Below are positions 45,777-53,955 of a DNA stretch of 64,000 bases, piece by piece; position 1 is the first letter of the stretch; each line of letters starts with the position of its first letter. The stretch spans positions 68,007 through 132,006 of the IMG/VR virus record IMGVR_UViG_3300048904_000202. One strand, given 5' to 3'. The DNA is from a virus (lineage: Duplodnaviria > Heunggongvirae > Uroviricota > Caudoviricetes). The notes beneath the pieces are model-generated. The model was not told the DNA's origin, made no database searches, and was given only the letters and a program-made list of their open reading frames with translations. Position numbers and translations under genes: made by a program.

Positions 45777-46475
45777 TCATTCGCCATCCTTCGGACCCTC
45801 CAGTTCGAGCGGCATCACCGCACCGGGACCCGACAGGGTAGCTATGCCGGCGCGATGGATGACGCCGTTCATGTAGCCGTGGATTTCGGCCTTGGCCTTC
45901 TCGGTCGTCTCTTCGAGGTGTTCGTCGAATTGTTTGGTGATGAACGGAATCGTGGACGCGAGCTTGGCGCGTGCGACACGGTTCTGCTCCCTCAACTGCG
46001 CCGCCTTGCCCTTGGGCAGGCCGAGGCTCTCGATCATCGCATCAAGTTCATCGAGAGCTTGCAGAGACTCGGCAGCCGACTTCTTCATCTCGTCCGAGAA
46101 TTGGTCGGCGCGCGCGACGGGGTCCGGCAGGCCGGGAATGAGCTTACCGTTGAAGTGTTGGAGAGTGCACGCCACGCCAGAGCCAACGTTTGGTGCGGAG
46201 ACGAACGTTGCCCACTGCGCCTCGGATAATGCCACCTCGATCAGTTCTTCCTTGCCGTAGTACCAGTCATTCGACAGGTTGCGATGAAGCTCGCTGCGGC
46301 GGATGCTGATCGTCATGAAGGCGTTATGACCGAAGTCGCTACCGTACAGGTTGGTGCGGCCAGACACTCGCGACGCCCCGATCTGGCAAAACGCGGGATG
46401 CCGCGTCACCGACTCGTCCAAGCGGCCGGGACCGATTTCGGTCGTGGTGATGGGCTCTTCGATGTGGCGTGCCAC
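45777..46475 (-). CDS. hypothetical protein (232 aa)
   Basis: GTG start right after CAGCAGGGAGACACATTAA leader. Confidence 0.5.
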   Translation of the reverse strand: MARHIEEPITTTEIGPGRLDESVTRHPAFCQIGASRVSGRTNLYGSDFGHNAFMTISIRRSELHRNLSNDWYYGKEELIEVALSEAQWATFVSAPNVGSGVACTLQHFNGKLIPGLPDPVARADQFSDEMKKSAAESLQALDELDAMIESLGLPKGKAAQLREQNRVARAKLASTIPFITKQFDEHLEETTEKAKAEIHGYMNGVIHRAGIATLSGPGAVMPLELEGPKDGE

Positions 46476-46560
46476 TTAATGTGTCTCCCTGCTGACGGCT
46501 AATCAGCCGTGATTCGTTTAAGATGAGAATCGTGTAGGACGAATCTTATGGTTCGTCAAG
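46476..46560 (-). promoter_or_regulatory. conserved promoter-leader cassette with two hairpins
   Basis: rc: GCTTGACGAACCATAAGATTCGTCCTACACGATTCTCATCTTAAACGAATCACGGCTGATTAGCCGTCAGCAGGGAGACACATTAAGTG. Confidence 0.5.
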
Positions 46561-46777
46561 CGATCTCGTTGCCGTTTTTGTCGATCGTGACTTTACCGTT
46601 CGAGGTCCATTCTCGGGAACCCTCGACGTACACCTTGTGGTAGGTGCGGTTGATCGCGCGTTCCGAAACGTTGCGATCATCGTTCGGGTCCGCACGATTG
46701 AGCATGTTGTAGCCCATCGCATCATGGCTTCGGCAATAGAAACGCGCCGTCTTGTTGTGTTTGATCGACCACGCCAT
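46556..46777 (-). CDS. hypothetical protein
   Basis: 73-aa ORF. Confidence 0.4.
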   Translation of the reverse strand: MAWSIKHNKTARFYCRSHDAMGYNMLNRADPNDDRNVSERAINRTYHKVYVEGSREWTSNGKVTIDKNGNEIA

Positions 46778-46847
46778 GAAGTCGTGGCCGACGACATCGT
46801 CGTTCGGGTGCGTCTGGGCGTGATATCGGGCGGGAGATTGCTATGCA

Positions 46848-47255
46848 TTAGCGCACTCCTTTCACGGCGCGACGCGGCGCTTTTCCAAGCATCCGCTGGA
46901 GCGACAGGCTTTGCGGCTTCTGCCGGCCGCGCGGCCAGCCGAAGTGAGGTTCGATGACCTCGTGAAACATCTTGTCGACATCAGGTGGTGGAAGAGGTTT
47001 GGAGGCCTCTCGGGCATCCATCTGCTCGCGGGTCTCGAACTGGTCGTGACCACATTCCGGCTTCCACCGGTAGGTCCAGTCGCGCAGGTTGATCGGGTCC
47101 TGCCCGATGTCGCGAGCGCAGTCGACGCAATACCAGCTATGCGAGCCGTGATTGTAGTACAGTGCCGGCTCGGCCTGACACCGCTGGCGGTTGCACGCAC
47201 CGCCCTCGTGGCCCTTGTTGGGCTTGTCCGGGCCATTGTAGTCGCCATAGGCCAT
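46848..47255 (-). CDS. Cys-rich (putative zinc-binding) protein
   Basis: 135 aa; CNRQRC...CVDC...C. Confidence 0.45.
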   Translation of the reverse strand: MAYGDYNGPDKPNKGHEGGACNRQRCQAEPALYYNHGSHSWYCVDCARDIGQDPINLRDWTYRWKPECGHDQFETREQMDAREASKPLPPPDVDKMFHEVIEPHFGWPRGRQKPQSLSLQRMLGKAPRRAVKGVR

Positions 47256-47653
47256 CAGCGGGCTCCCGAAAGGGCGAGGCGGCGGCGCGTCGTGATGTTG
47301 TCGGCCAGCCGGCGGGCGCGCTCGCGGTGATGCTCGGTCACGGTCGTGTGATAGTCGTCGATGTCCATGATCTCGAAGGCGATGTCTTCGATCTCTTCGT
47401 CCGAGAAGCCCGGCGCGACAATCTCGTCGGCGATCCGATCGACCAGCGCCTGCTCCTGCTCATTTGACAGGCCGACGTTTAGACCGATCGTGATCTTGGC
47501 GACGCAGATGCCATTCACACCGTCCACGGCACGGCTGTAGATGAACGCGGTTGGTTGCGTCCGCGAGTCCGTGACGCCGGAGCGTGTGAAACGTAGCGGC
47601 CGGGTCAGATCGAACTCGACCGAAGCCTTGCTGTTGGGGTTCACTTCCATCAC
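47255..47653 (-). CDS. hypothetical protein
   Basis: 132-aa ORF. Confidence 0.45.
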   Translation of the reverse strand: MMEVNPNSKASVEFDLTRPLRFTRSGVTDSRTQPTAFIYSRAVDGVNGICVAKITIGLNVGLSNEQEQALVDRIADEIVAPGFSDEEIEDIAFEIMDIDDYHTTVTEHHRERARRLADNITTRRRLALSGAR

Positions 47654-47868
47654 CGTATCACCACTACCGCAAGGGCACCTGCCGGCGCGTCACCAGCGAT
47701 GAGGCGACCGTTCTCTCGAACGAACCGCTTCTCGACCGATACCGTCGTGTCGAAAAGCTCGCCGACGAAATCGGAACGCACTGTTCCGACGACCATGTCA
47801 GCGGGCATCTTTTGAAGAGCGGCGATCAAGGCGCCCACATTAGCGATGGGCATCAGCCGCGCCCCCAT
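47650..47868 (-). CDS. hypothetical protein
   Basis: 72-aa ORF. Confidence 0.4.
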   Translation of the reverse strand: MGARLMPIANVGALIAALQKMPADMVVGTVRSDFVGELFDTTVSVEKRFVRENGRLIAGDAPAGALAVVVIR

Positions 47869-48230
47869 TGACGCAGGAGAAAGTCGCGGTGACCCTTGAC
47901 CTGTTCCACGAATTGATCGGGATCGAGACCGTCGCGGTCGACGAGGTCGAAGATCAGCTTGAGCGTGTCGATCGCCGCCTTGCCCTGAAAGATCGTCAGC
48001 ATCTCCGCGTTGAACGGGATCGGGTTCTCGACGCGGGCGGGCGCACCGGCTTCCAGCGACAGCTTTACCTCGTCCACCGTGGGGAACACCTCGCCGAACA
48101 CCTTCGAGCCTTTGGGCTGATACTGGAACCCTCCGAACACGGTGCTGATCGTGCCGACAACCTTGTTGTCGAGCTTGACGCGGATGCCTCCCAAAAAGTC
48201 TTCGTAGGTGATCAAAATGTGTCTCCCTGT
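47853..48230 (-). CDS. hypothetical protein
   Basis: TTG start 6 nt after GGGAGA in CAACAGGGAGACACATT leader. Confidence 0.45.
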   Translation of the reverse strand, partial: TGRHILITYEDFLGGIRVKLDNKVVGTISTVFGGFQYQPKGSKVFGEVFPTVDEVKLSLEAGAPARVENPIPFNAEMLTIFQGKAAIDTLKLIFDLVDRDGLDPDQFVEQVKGHRDFLLRQWGRG

Positions 48231-48300
48231 TGACGACCGCTGGCCGTGATTCGTTCCTGATGTGACTCGTCTAGGACGAATCTTAGGTATCGTCAAGCGG
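48231..48300 (-). promoter_or_regulatory. conserved promoter-leader cassette
   Basis: rc: CCGCTTGACGATACCTAAGATTCGTCCTAGACGAGTCACATCAGGAACGAATCACGG...CAACAGGGAGACACATTTTG. Confidence 0.5.
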
Positions 48301-48685
48301 CCTTTTTCATCTGCCGCAAATAGTCCGCCGCGTAGCCTCGCATGATCTTCCGTTCCGCCTCAAGAAGCTCTTCTTCTCGGCGAGCCCGCGCCAGACGCAT
48401 GGCCTGTCGCTCCATGTGTTTCAACGTCAGGGTGGCTGGCACCGTCGCCGAGAAGTTTGCGATAATGTTGCCGAGGCCGCCGAAGAACGTGTCACGCATG
48501 TCGTAGACCATAAACTCGATTCGGGTCGGTGAATGGATCACAACGTCATAGGCGAACCACGTCAACTCGGCCGGCTTATTCGCAAGGAAAACACCTCGAA
48601 AGTCATAGGAACTGCTTGTGAAGTGAGGTGTCTCTTCCGCGTAGAGGGTGAAGGGGAATAGCTGTTGGGGTTTGCTCCTGCTCAT
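48293..48685 (-). CDS. hypothetical protein
   Basis: 130-aa ORF. Confidence 0.45.
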   Translation of the reverse strand: MSRSKPQQLFPFTLYAEETPHFTSSSYDFRGVFLANKPAELTWFAYDVVIHSPTRIEFMVYDMRDTFFGGLGNIIANFSATVPATLTLKHMERQAMRLARARREEELLEAERKIMRGYAADYLRQMKKAA

Positions 48686-49404
48686 ACATCCTCCTTCGCT
48701 TTGATCTCGGCGATCAGCGCCGCTCCCCGCTGCTCCATAAAAGCCTTCGCTTTCGCTCGCGTTCCGGTCTGTTGTTCCAGCCGATCGGCGAGCTTGCGCA
48801 GGTTGTCGTAGCGGCGTTGCATGGCCGGTGGCATCTGCGAATACATGGACGGCACGGGTGCCTTCTCGTCGCGCAGAGGCTTGTCGAAGTGCAGGCTATA
48901 GACCTGATTGAAGGCGACAAACATGTCGCCGACGAACCGCTCCAGCGCGTGAGCCCATACCGGGTCGATCTTCCCGGCCGGGGCGCGGAACATCATCGCG
49001 ACGCCATAGGCACCCTCGAACGTGTCGAGGAGATAGTTGTCGAGTTGGTGGTAGCCGTAGTCGCTCCGGCCGCCGTACTTGCACAACAGGTCGATATGCT
49101 CGGCGCGATATAGGCGCTCGCGGCGCTCCAGTTCGTTCTCGATCCGAATCGTGCGTGCGAAGTCGTCGTCGCGGTTCCACTCCGCATCCATCCGCGCCAG
49201 ATCGGAGATGTTGATCGGACCATCGAAGTCCTTGGTGAGCTTGTGTGCTGGGACGACACAGCCCTTGCGGTTCCACACGTAGTTCGTGCCGCTGTCGGTG
49301 AAGATGCTGTACAGCGCGACCGGCCGCGACGGATAGAGCGTCGGGTAGGTCAGCATCATCTCACGGACCAGCACGTCCACCTTGTTCAGAGGTGCGTCGT
49401 TCAC
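48682..49404 (-). CDS. hypothetical protein (about 240 aa)
   Basis: GTG start in GTGA overlap with upstream 79-aa gene; ORF-track version (364 aa) reads through that gene and the promoter. Confidence 0.45.
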   Translation of the reverse strand: MNDAPLNKVDVLVREMMLTYPTLYPSRPVALYSIFTDSGTNYVWNRKGCVVPAHKLTKDFDGPINISDLARMDAEWNRDDDFARTIRIENELERRERLYRAEHIDLLCKYGGRSDYGYHQLDNYLLDTFEGAYGVAMMFRAPAGKIDPVWAHALERFVGDMFVAFNQVYSLHFDKPLRDEKAPVPSMYSQMPPAMQRRYDNLRKLADRLEQQTGTRAKAKAFMEQRGAALIAEIKAKEDV

Positions 49405-49640
49405 AGGCCATGCTCCCCACGGACGCGCTTGCCGAACGAGATGCCGTCCGCGATCCACATGCGAGGGCGTTGATCTTTTAGGTAGGCGCACATGACGCTC
49501 TCGTTCTCGTACACCAGCCGCTTGTTGTCCTCGGTGAGGAGCGGCGTGTTGTCGAAGATGTAGTAGTGATAACCCTCGCCGCGATACAGCGTGACCAGCG
49601 GTTCGACCTTCTGGATGCGGGCGTTGATCTCGTTGAGCGT
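49401..49640 (-). CDS. hypothetical protein
   Basis: 79 aa starting right after GAATCAGGGAGACACCAC leader. Confidence 0.45.
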   Translation of the reverse strand, partial: TLNEINARIQKVEPLVTLYRGEGYHYYIFDNTPLLTEDNKRLVYENESVMCAYLKDQRPRMWIADGISFGKRVRGEHGL

Positions 49641-49710
49641 CATGTGGTGTCTCCCTGATTCGTCCTGATGCGAATCGTCTAGGACAAATCTTAGGGTGCG
49701 TCAAGCGTCT
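49641..49710 (-). promoter_or_regulatory. conserved promoter-leader cassette with GATTCG/CGAATC hairpin
   Basis: rc: GACGCTTGACGCACCCTAAGATTTGTCCTAGACGATTCGCATCAGGACGAATCAGGGAGACACCACATG. Confidence 0.5.
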
Positions 49711-49886
49711 TTCTTCGTCGGTCGTGGGATCACCACGTCCGCCGGAATGATGCGTTCGTGCCGGGAGACGAAGCAAGCCTTTTCATGGGTGTCCCATGTC
49801 TCCTTGGAGATAAAGGACTTGTTGCAGAACTGGCACCAGTAACTACGACCGCCCATTGTACCGCCGGCCATAGCGATCGGAATCAA
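49701..49886 (-). CDS. small zinc-finger-like protein
   Basis: 61 aa; CQFCNKSF...HEKAC. Confidence 0.35.
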   Translation of the reverse strand: MIPIAMAGGTMGGRSYWCQFCNKSFISKETWDTHEKACFVSRHERIIPADVVIPRPTKKDA

Positions 49887-50067
49887 ATCGACGCAGATCG
49901 AGGCCGCGACGGCGCAGACGCGATGCGATGACCGAGCAGCGCTTGGGCTCCATGGCGAGCGCGGCAGCGGCGCGGTGGATGCTGTCGTGCTTGTTGAACT
50001 CTTCCGCGAAGGTGGTCGGGATGAAGGTGCGGCCGTCGTCGGCGTGATAGATGGAGGGCTGGGGCAT
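49843..50067 (-). CDS. hypothetical protein
   Basis: 74-aa ORF. Confidence 0.35.
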   Translation of the reverse strand: MPQPSIYHADDGRTFIPTTFAEEFNKHDSIHRAAAALAMEPKRCSVIASRLRRRGLDLRRFDSDRYGRRYNGRS

Positions 50068-50080
50068 TTTTTACTCCGGA

Positions 50081-50458
50081 TTAAATGAGGCCGAGCGCGG
50101 CTTTGGTCGAGGTGAGGTACCGGTCACGCTGCTTGGGTTCGAGACTAGACCACCAGACTTTGATGTGGTCGCCATGCGTGGAGCCGTTGAAGGCGTAGGC
50201 CAATTCCATGGTGGCCTGTTCGAGGTCGATCGTCTTCATGTTGGCGAAGAGCGCAGCCAGCTTTCCGTACTCGGTGTCTTCCGGCTTGGTCCACGCATAG
50301 AGATCGGCACGAGGCGGATCGCAATCGCCCTGTCTCAGAGACTTGGCTTCGGCCATCTGGCGTGACATGTTCGAGTAGGACTGAGCTTGCGCATTGAGGC
50401 CATCGACGATCGCGTCGCGGCGACGGGTGGTCAGGCTTTCGGTGATGAAGATGGGCAT
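50081..50458 (-). CDS. hypothetical protein
   Basis: 125-aa ORF. Confidence 0.45.
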   Translation of the reverse strand: MPIFITESLTTRRRDAIVDGLNAQAQSYSNMSRQMAEAKSLRQGDCDPPRADLYAWTKPEDTEYGKLAALFANMKTIDLEQATMELAYAFNGSTHGDHIKVWWSSLEPKQRDRYLTSTKAALGLI

Positions 50459-50459
50459 A

Positions 50460-50681
50460 TTATTTCCAATCTGATGCGATGCCGGCGACCGGGCGGCCGT
50501 AGGCGTCTTCCTTGATGCCGGGGCGCGGACCGTCCTTTGGGAAGTCGATCCAGTTCGGGTCGTCGATGCTGCCGAACCCGTTGACGTTGACCTGCGGCAC
50601 CGGGTCGTTTCGCACTGGGATGCGAACGCAGGTGAAAGGCGGTTCGGTCCCGATCTGGAGCCATGCGTTGGTGAGGATCAT
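50460..50681 (-). CDS. hypothetical protein
   Basis: 73-aa ORF. Confidence 0.4.
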   Translation of the reverse strand: MILTNAWLQIGTEPPFTCVRIPVRNDPVPQVNVNGFGSIDDPNWIDFPKDGPRPGIKEDAYGRPVAGIASDWK

Positions 50682-50682
50682 G

Positions 50683-50973
50683 TCAGAGCCACTTCGTCTT
50701 ATGGGCGAAGCCCTCCGCTACGGGAGGCAGTCCGGCCGCGACATTTTTCCGGCAACGTTTGCAGTTACCCTCCGTGCCGGGCGCGCCACGGAAGATGGAA
50801 AAGGCCTCGCCGTCAGAGCGGTTCCACCCATATCCGCACATGGGGAGGAGGCTTCCGTCCTCCATCATCGCGTAGGTGTGGCTGGCGCGTTGCATGCCAT
50901 AAGCCGATGCGTTGCGGCAGGAGCCGGAGCGATAACCGACGACGCCGGGCGGGTATGTGATAGTATCGGTCAT
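50683..50973 (-). CDS. Cys-rich small protein
   Basis: Start revised to MTDTITYPPG; CKRCRKN motif. Confidence 0.4.
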   Translation of the reverse strand: MTDTITYPPGVVGYRSGSCRNASAYGMQRASHTYAMMEDGSLLPMCGYGWNRSDGEAFSIFRGAPGTEGNCKRCRKNVAAGLPPVAEGFAHKTKWL

Positions 50974-51278
50974 TCGACAGCCTCGATCTTGCAACGCATC
51001 CAGTGGTTCTTGAGAGCGCGGTAGGAGCCGGCATCGAGCGCCACGACTTGTTCCCACTCGCCGTCATGGCCGATCAGCACGTCGGCCTGATGTTCTTTGA
51101 TCTCACCGTTGACTTCGACCCGGCCGGCGAGAGACGCACGGAGCAAGACGAGTTCGACACCGACGCGTCCGCGCTCGAAGAAGACAGGCTCGCAGAAGTG
51201 AGCGCGGTTCTTGCTGTCGTGCCGGATCAGGCGGAGGCCGATCGCGTCGGCGTGGAGGTGATCGCCGGTGATGCTCAT
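50970..51278 (-). CDS. hypothetical protein
   Basis: Start revised to MSITGDHLHA (ATGA overlap). Confidence 0.4.
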   Translation of the reverse strand: MSITGDHLHADAIGLRLIRHDSKNRAHFCEPVFFERGRVGVELVLLRASLAGRVEVNGEIKEHQADVLIGHDGEWEQVVALDAGSYRALKNHWMRCKIEAVE

Positions 51279-51544
51279 GCGATCAGTCCTGCGTCGGTGA
51301 GCCACGTCTTCCATGCCCGCTGTACGGCACGGCGCGCGCCTGCCTTGCTGGACACGAGTCCGTGGCCCTTGGTGTGCCATTTGGTTGAGACGCCTCGGAC
51401 ATTGTACGCCCAGCCCGAGCCGTCGCTGCGTTCGACAATGCTCGCGATCGAGACCTCGCCGAGGAACGCGGTGGAGCAGTTGAGCCCACCGCCGCTGATA
51501 TATTCATCGTCCCAGCGCAGCCGCAGGTTGGCGGGAATGCTCAT
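51275..51544 (-). CDS. hypothetical protein
   Basis: 89-aa ORF. Confidence 0.4.
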   Translation of the reverse strand: MSIPANLRLRWDDEYISGGGLNCSTAFLGEVSIASIVERSDGSGWAYNVRGVSTKWHTKGHGLVSSKAGARRAVQRAWKTWLTDAGLIA

Positions 51545-52311
51545 GGTGCGCTGTCTCCGGTCGGATTGGGGACGAACCGGCCGCCCATGCGACGCGCTTG
51601 CGTGTCGGCGGCTTGGGTGATGTGAGGCGCCACAGTGGCTATGGACAGAGCTTCGAGCCGGTTAGCTACCGCGTCCATGAATTGACTGTATTCCGGGTCG
51701 AGATTGTCTCGCGCTTGCATCCGGCATTGTGCCGCAAGGTCCTGCGTCTCGTATTGGTCGAAGCGACCACCGGGCGTCCGCTTCTCATCGCTCGGTGTGC
51801 CGTCGGTTGTCATACCCCGGTGCGGATAGGCCGGCAGCAGGAGATGGATGATCCGGTCGGCGGCGCGGCGGCTGATCTGCGCCATGTGGCTACCGCTCGT
51901 GCTGTTCGCGTCCTTGATGAAATCGAGACCGGCTTGCAGGACGACGCGCTTGATCTGTTCGGTTGCCCAATGCTCGCGTTCGCGGGTGTCGATCTGCGGC
52001 TTGAGGGATGTCATCTTGGCAATGATGTCCTTGGCGAAATAGCTGGCGTTCACGGACGACATGACCCTGCCCAAGTAGGCGAGTGATGCATCTTGCACCG
52101 CGTCCGTGATGTGCCCGTCGAGGTCCACGATCGTGTCCTCGCGCTCCTGTAACGCCCGGCCGAGTTTGATCGCGGCGAGCGGTCCCTGAACGAACGGGCT
52201 GGTATCATAGACACCGTCGAGGATATCGGCGCGCGGACAGGCGCTGGGTGGCAGCGGGCCATGCTTAGCGACATGCTCGCGGGCGCGCTTGAAGTCAGGG
52301 TCGATGCTCAT
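51541..52311 (-). CDS. hypothetical protein (256 aa)
   Basis: Long ORF, 4-nt overlaps. Confidence 0.5.
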   Translation of the reverse strand: MSIDPDFKRAREHVAKHGPLPPSACPRADILDGVYDTSPFVQGPLAAIKLGRALQEREDTIVDLDGHITDAVQDASLAYLGRVMSSVNASYFAKDIIAKMTSLKPQIDTREREHWATEQIKRVVLQAGLDFIKDANSTSGSHMAQISRRAADRIIHLLLPAYPHRGMTTDGTPSDEKRTPGGRFDQYETQDLAAQCRMQARDNLDPEYSQFMDAVANRLEALSIATVAPHITQAADTQARRMGGRFVPNPTGDSAP

Positions 52312-52694
52312 GCGGTCCTCGGAAAGTCGTAGTTAGGGCGGTGGTCGTCACCCCACGACACGGAACTGACCAGTCGGCCATCCGGCTCGTAAGAGTGGCG
52401 GGCGAAGAAGTATCGGATGTTCACATGCCAATGCGGGTAGGATTCGCTCGGCGTCTGGATCAGGATCGAGACATATGGGTCACCCCAACGAGCGGCCTCG
52501 TCCTCGGCGAACCGATGGGCGTAAGCATTGCAGTCAAAAAGACCTTGGAACGACCACTTGTTCTCGACCCATTCATTGTGGGTATTGTGAGCCAGTACCC
52601 AGACGGCCGTGTGATCAAAGGGCTGCGGTACGCCTAGGAACGGCGGTAGTTGCGGAAGCGCCCGATCATAGCCGGGCAAAGTTGTTAGACTCAC
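52308..52694 (-). CDS. hypothetical protein
   Basis: 128-aa ORF. Confidence 0.45.
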   Translation of the reverse strand: MSLTTLPGYDRALPQLPPFLGVPQPFDHTAVWVLAHNTHNEWVENKWSFQGLFDCNAYAHRFAEDEAARWGDPYVSILIQTPSESYPHWHVNIRYFFARHSYEPDGRLVSSVSWGDDHRPNYDFPRTA

Positions 52695-53182
52695 GCGGCG
52701 TACTCAGTTGCGTATTCCGACGATCTCCACCACGCGAGCGGCGACTTGAAAGCGTTATAGCGTTCGAAGAGGATGTCTTCGGGGATACGATGGTCCTCGG
52801 GACGTGTCCGGTTACGCTCCGCCAGCAAGGGAAGAGGGCGGTCGAACACCACCAACCGAACAGGCAAGTTCAAGCGCTCGGCATAAGAGATGAACGGCGC
52901 GACTGCCGGCTGATCTATTCCGGTATCGGTGACCGCCCAAGAAGGCTCCGGCCAATAGAACAACGCGTTGAGCATTGCTTGTGTCACGACGGCGCTGCAC
53001 TCCGCACGATCGAACTCGCTGGCGTGATAAGCCTTCCGTGATCCGAACAGACACTCGCGAAAGCGGTCACGTTCCAAGCGCAGTGTGGACGCCGCAAGGT
53101 TGGCGTCGGCCCATGTTGACTTACCGGCGCCGGGGCAGCCGATCGTGATCGTCAGGCCGTTGTAGCGATCACCGTGGATCAT
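52691..53182 (-). CDS. polynucleotide 5'-kinase (T4 Pnk kinase-domain-like, no phosphatase domain)
   Basis: LTITIGCPGAGKSTWADAN nearly identical to T4 Pnk P-loop (ILTIGCPGSGKSTWAREF), followed by RLERDRFRE and conserved downstream blocks; ends after about 160 aa. Confidence 0.75.
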   Translation of the reverse strand: MIHGDRYNGLTITIGCPGAGKSTWADANLAASTLRLERDRFRECLFGSRKAYHASEFDRAECSAVVTQAMLNALFYWPEPSWAVTDTGIDQPAVAPFISYAERLNLPVRLVVFDRPLPLLAERNRTRPEDHRIPEDILFERYNAFKSPLAWWRSSEYATEYAA

Positions 53183-53326
53183 GACGGTCCTCATAGATCG
53201 AGTTGGCGGGACGGATCACCCAGCCGAACATGTTGGCGAGTTGGCGGCGCATCCATGGGGTCGATTCACGTGATGTGGCGGCGACGACTTGGTCCCACGA
53301 GGAGCCTTGGGATTTGGCAGTGATGG

Positions 53327-53620
53327 TCATGCCGCGAGTTCCCGCAGGTATGTGATGACCGCTGGGTTTCCTTTCCCACCGAACCGATCGTTTTCTTCGT
53401 AGATCATCCGACGAACATGTCGCGGTATCTCAGTATCGTTGGCAGTGGCGACATTGAGTTCCTTCATGATGCGACCCATGGCGCAGAAACAAACAGCTTC
53501 GGGCGAGGAGCTAGTAACGCGTTCACCTAGAGCGTTCGCGGCCAGATAGCCGGCGATGTGCTTGTCCGGATTGGCTTCCAGCCAGTCGGCGGCCCGGAGA
53601 ATAGCTTCCTTGTTCATGCC
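53327..53620 (-). CDS. paralog family member P5 (MNKEAIxRAADWLEANPDK...CFCAxGRI...YLRELAA)
   Basis: 97 aa; start ATGAACAAGGAAGC in ATGA overlap with P4 stop; a 57-aa ORF fills 53197-53330. Confidence 0.55.
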   Translation of the reverse strand, partial: GMNKEAILRAADWLEANPDKHIAGYLAANALGERVTSSSPEAVCFCAMGRIMKELNVATANDTEIPRHVRRMIYEENDRFGGKGNPAVITYLRELAA

Positions 53621-53955
53621 GCGAGCCTCCGCAGGTGCGCGACGACCGCCGGGTTTCCATTCGGCCACACGTTATTAGTCGGAATCAAATCGCGATCGTT
53701 GACGCGCCAGATATCCATGGATTGCTCTTTATCGAGCCCCACCGCGCGGTTGATGGTGTCGTAGCTTCTCGTACCGGGCGGTGAATCCACATTGGCTTCC
53801 AGAGCAATTCTCCCGAGGGCGCAAAAGCATTCCGCCAATGGTGATGTAGGTGAACACCGCTGACCAAGGACATCGATCGCCAGCGATCCGGCGATGTGCT
53901 TGTCCGGATTGGCTTCCAGCCAGTCGGCGGCGCGGAGGATAGCTTCCTTGTTCAT
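53614..53955 (-). CDS. paralog family member P4
   Basis: 113 aa; ORF-track start (54129) extends into the upstream gene, so start revised to MNKEAILRAADW. Confidence 0.55.
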   Translation of the reverse strand: MNKEAILRAADWLEANPDKHIAGSLAIDVLGQRCSPTSPLAECFCALGRIALEANVDSPPGTRSYDTINRAVGLDKEQSMDIWRVNDRDLIPTNNVWPNGNPAVVAHLRRLAA

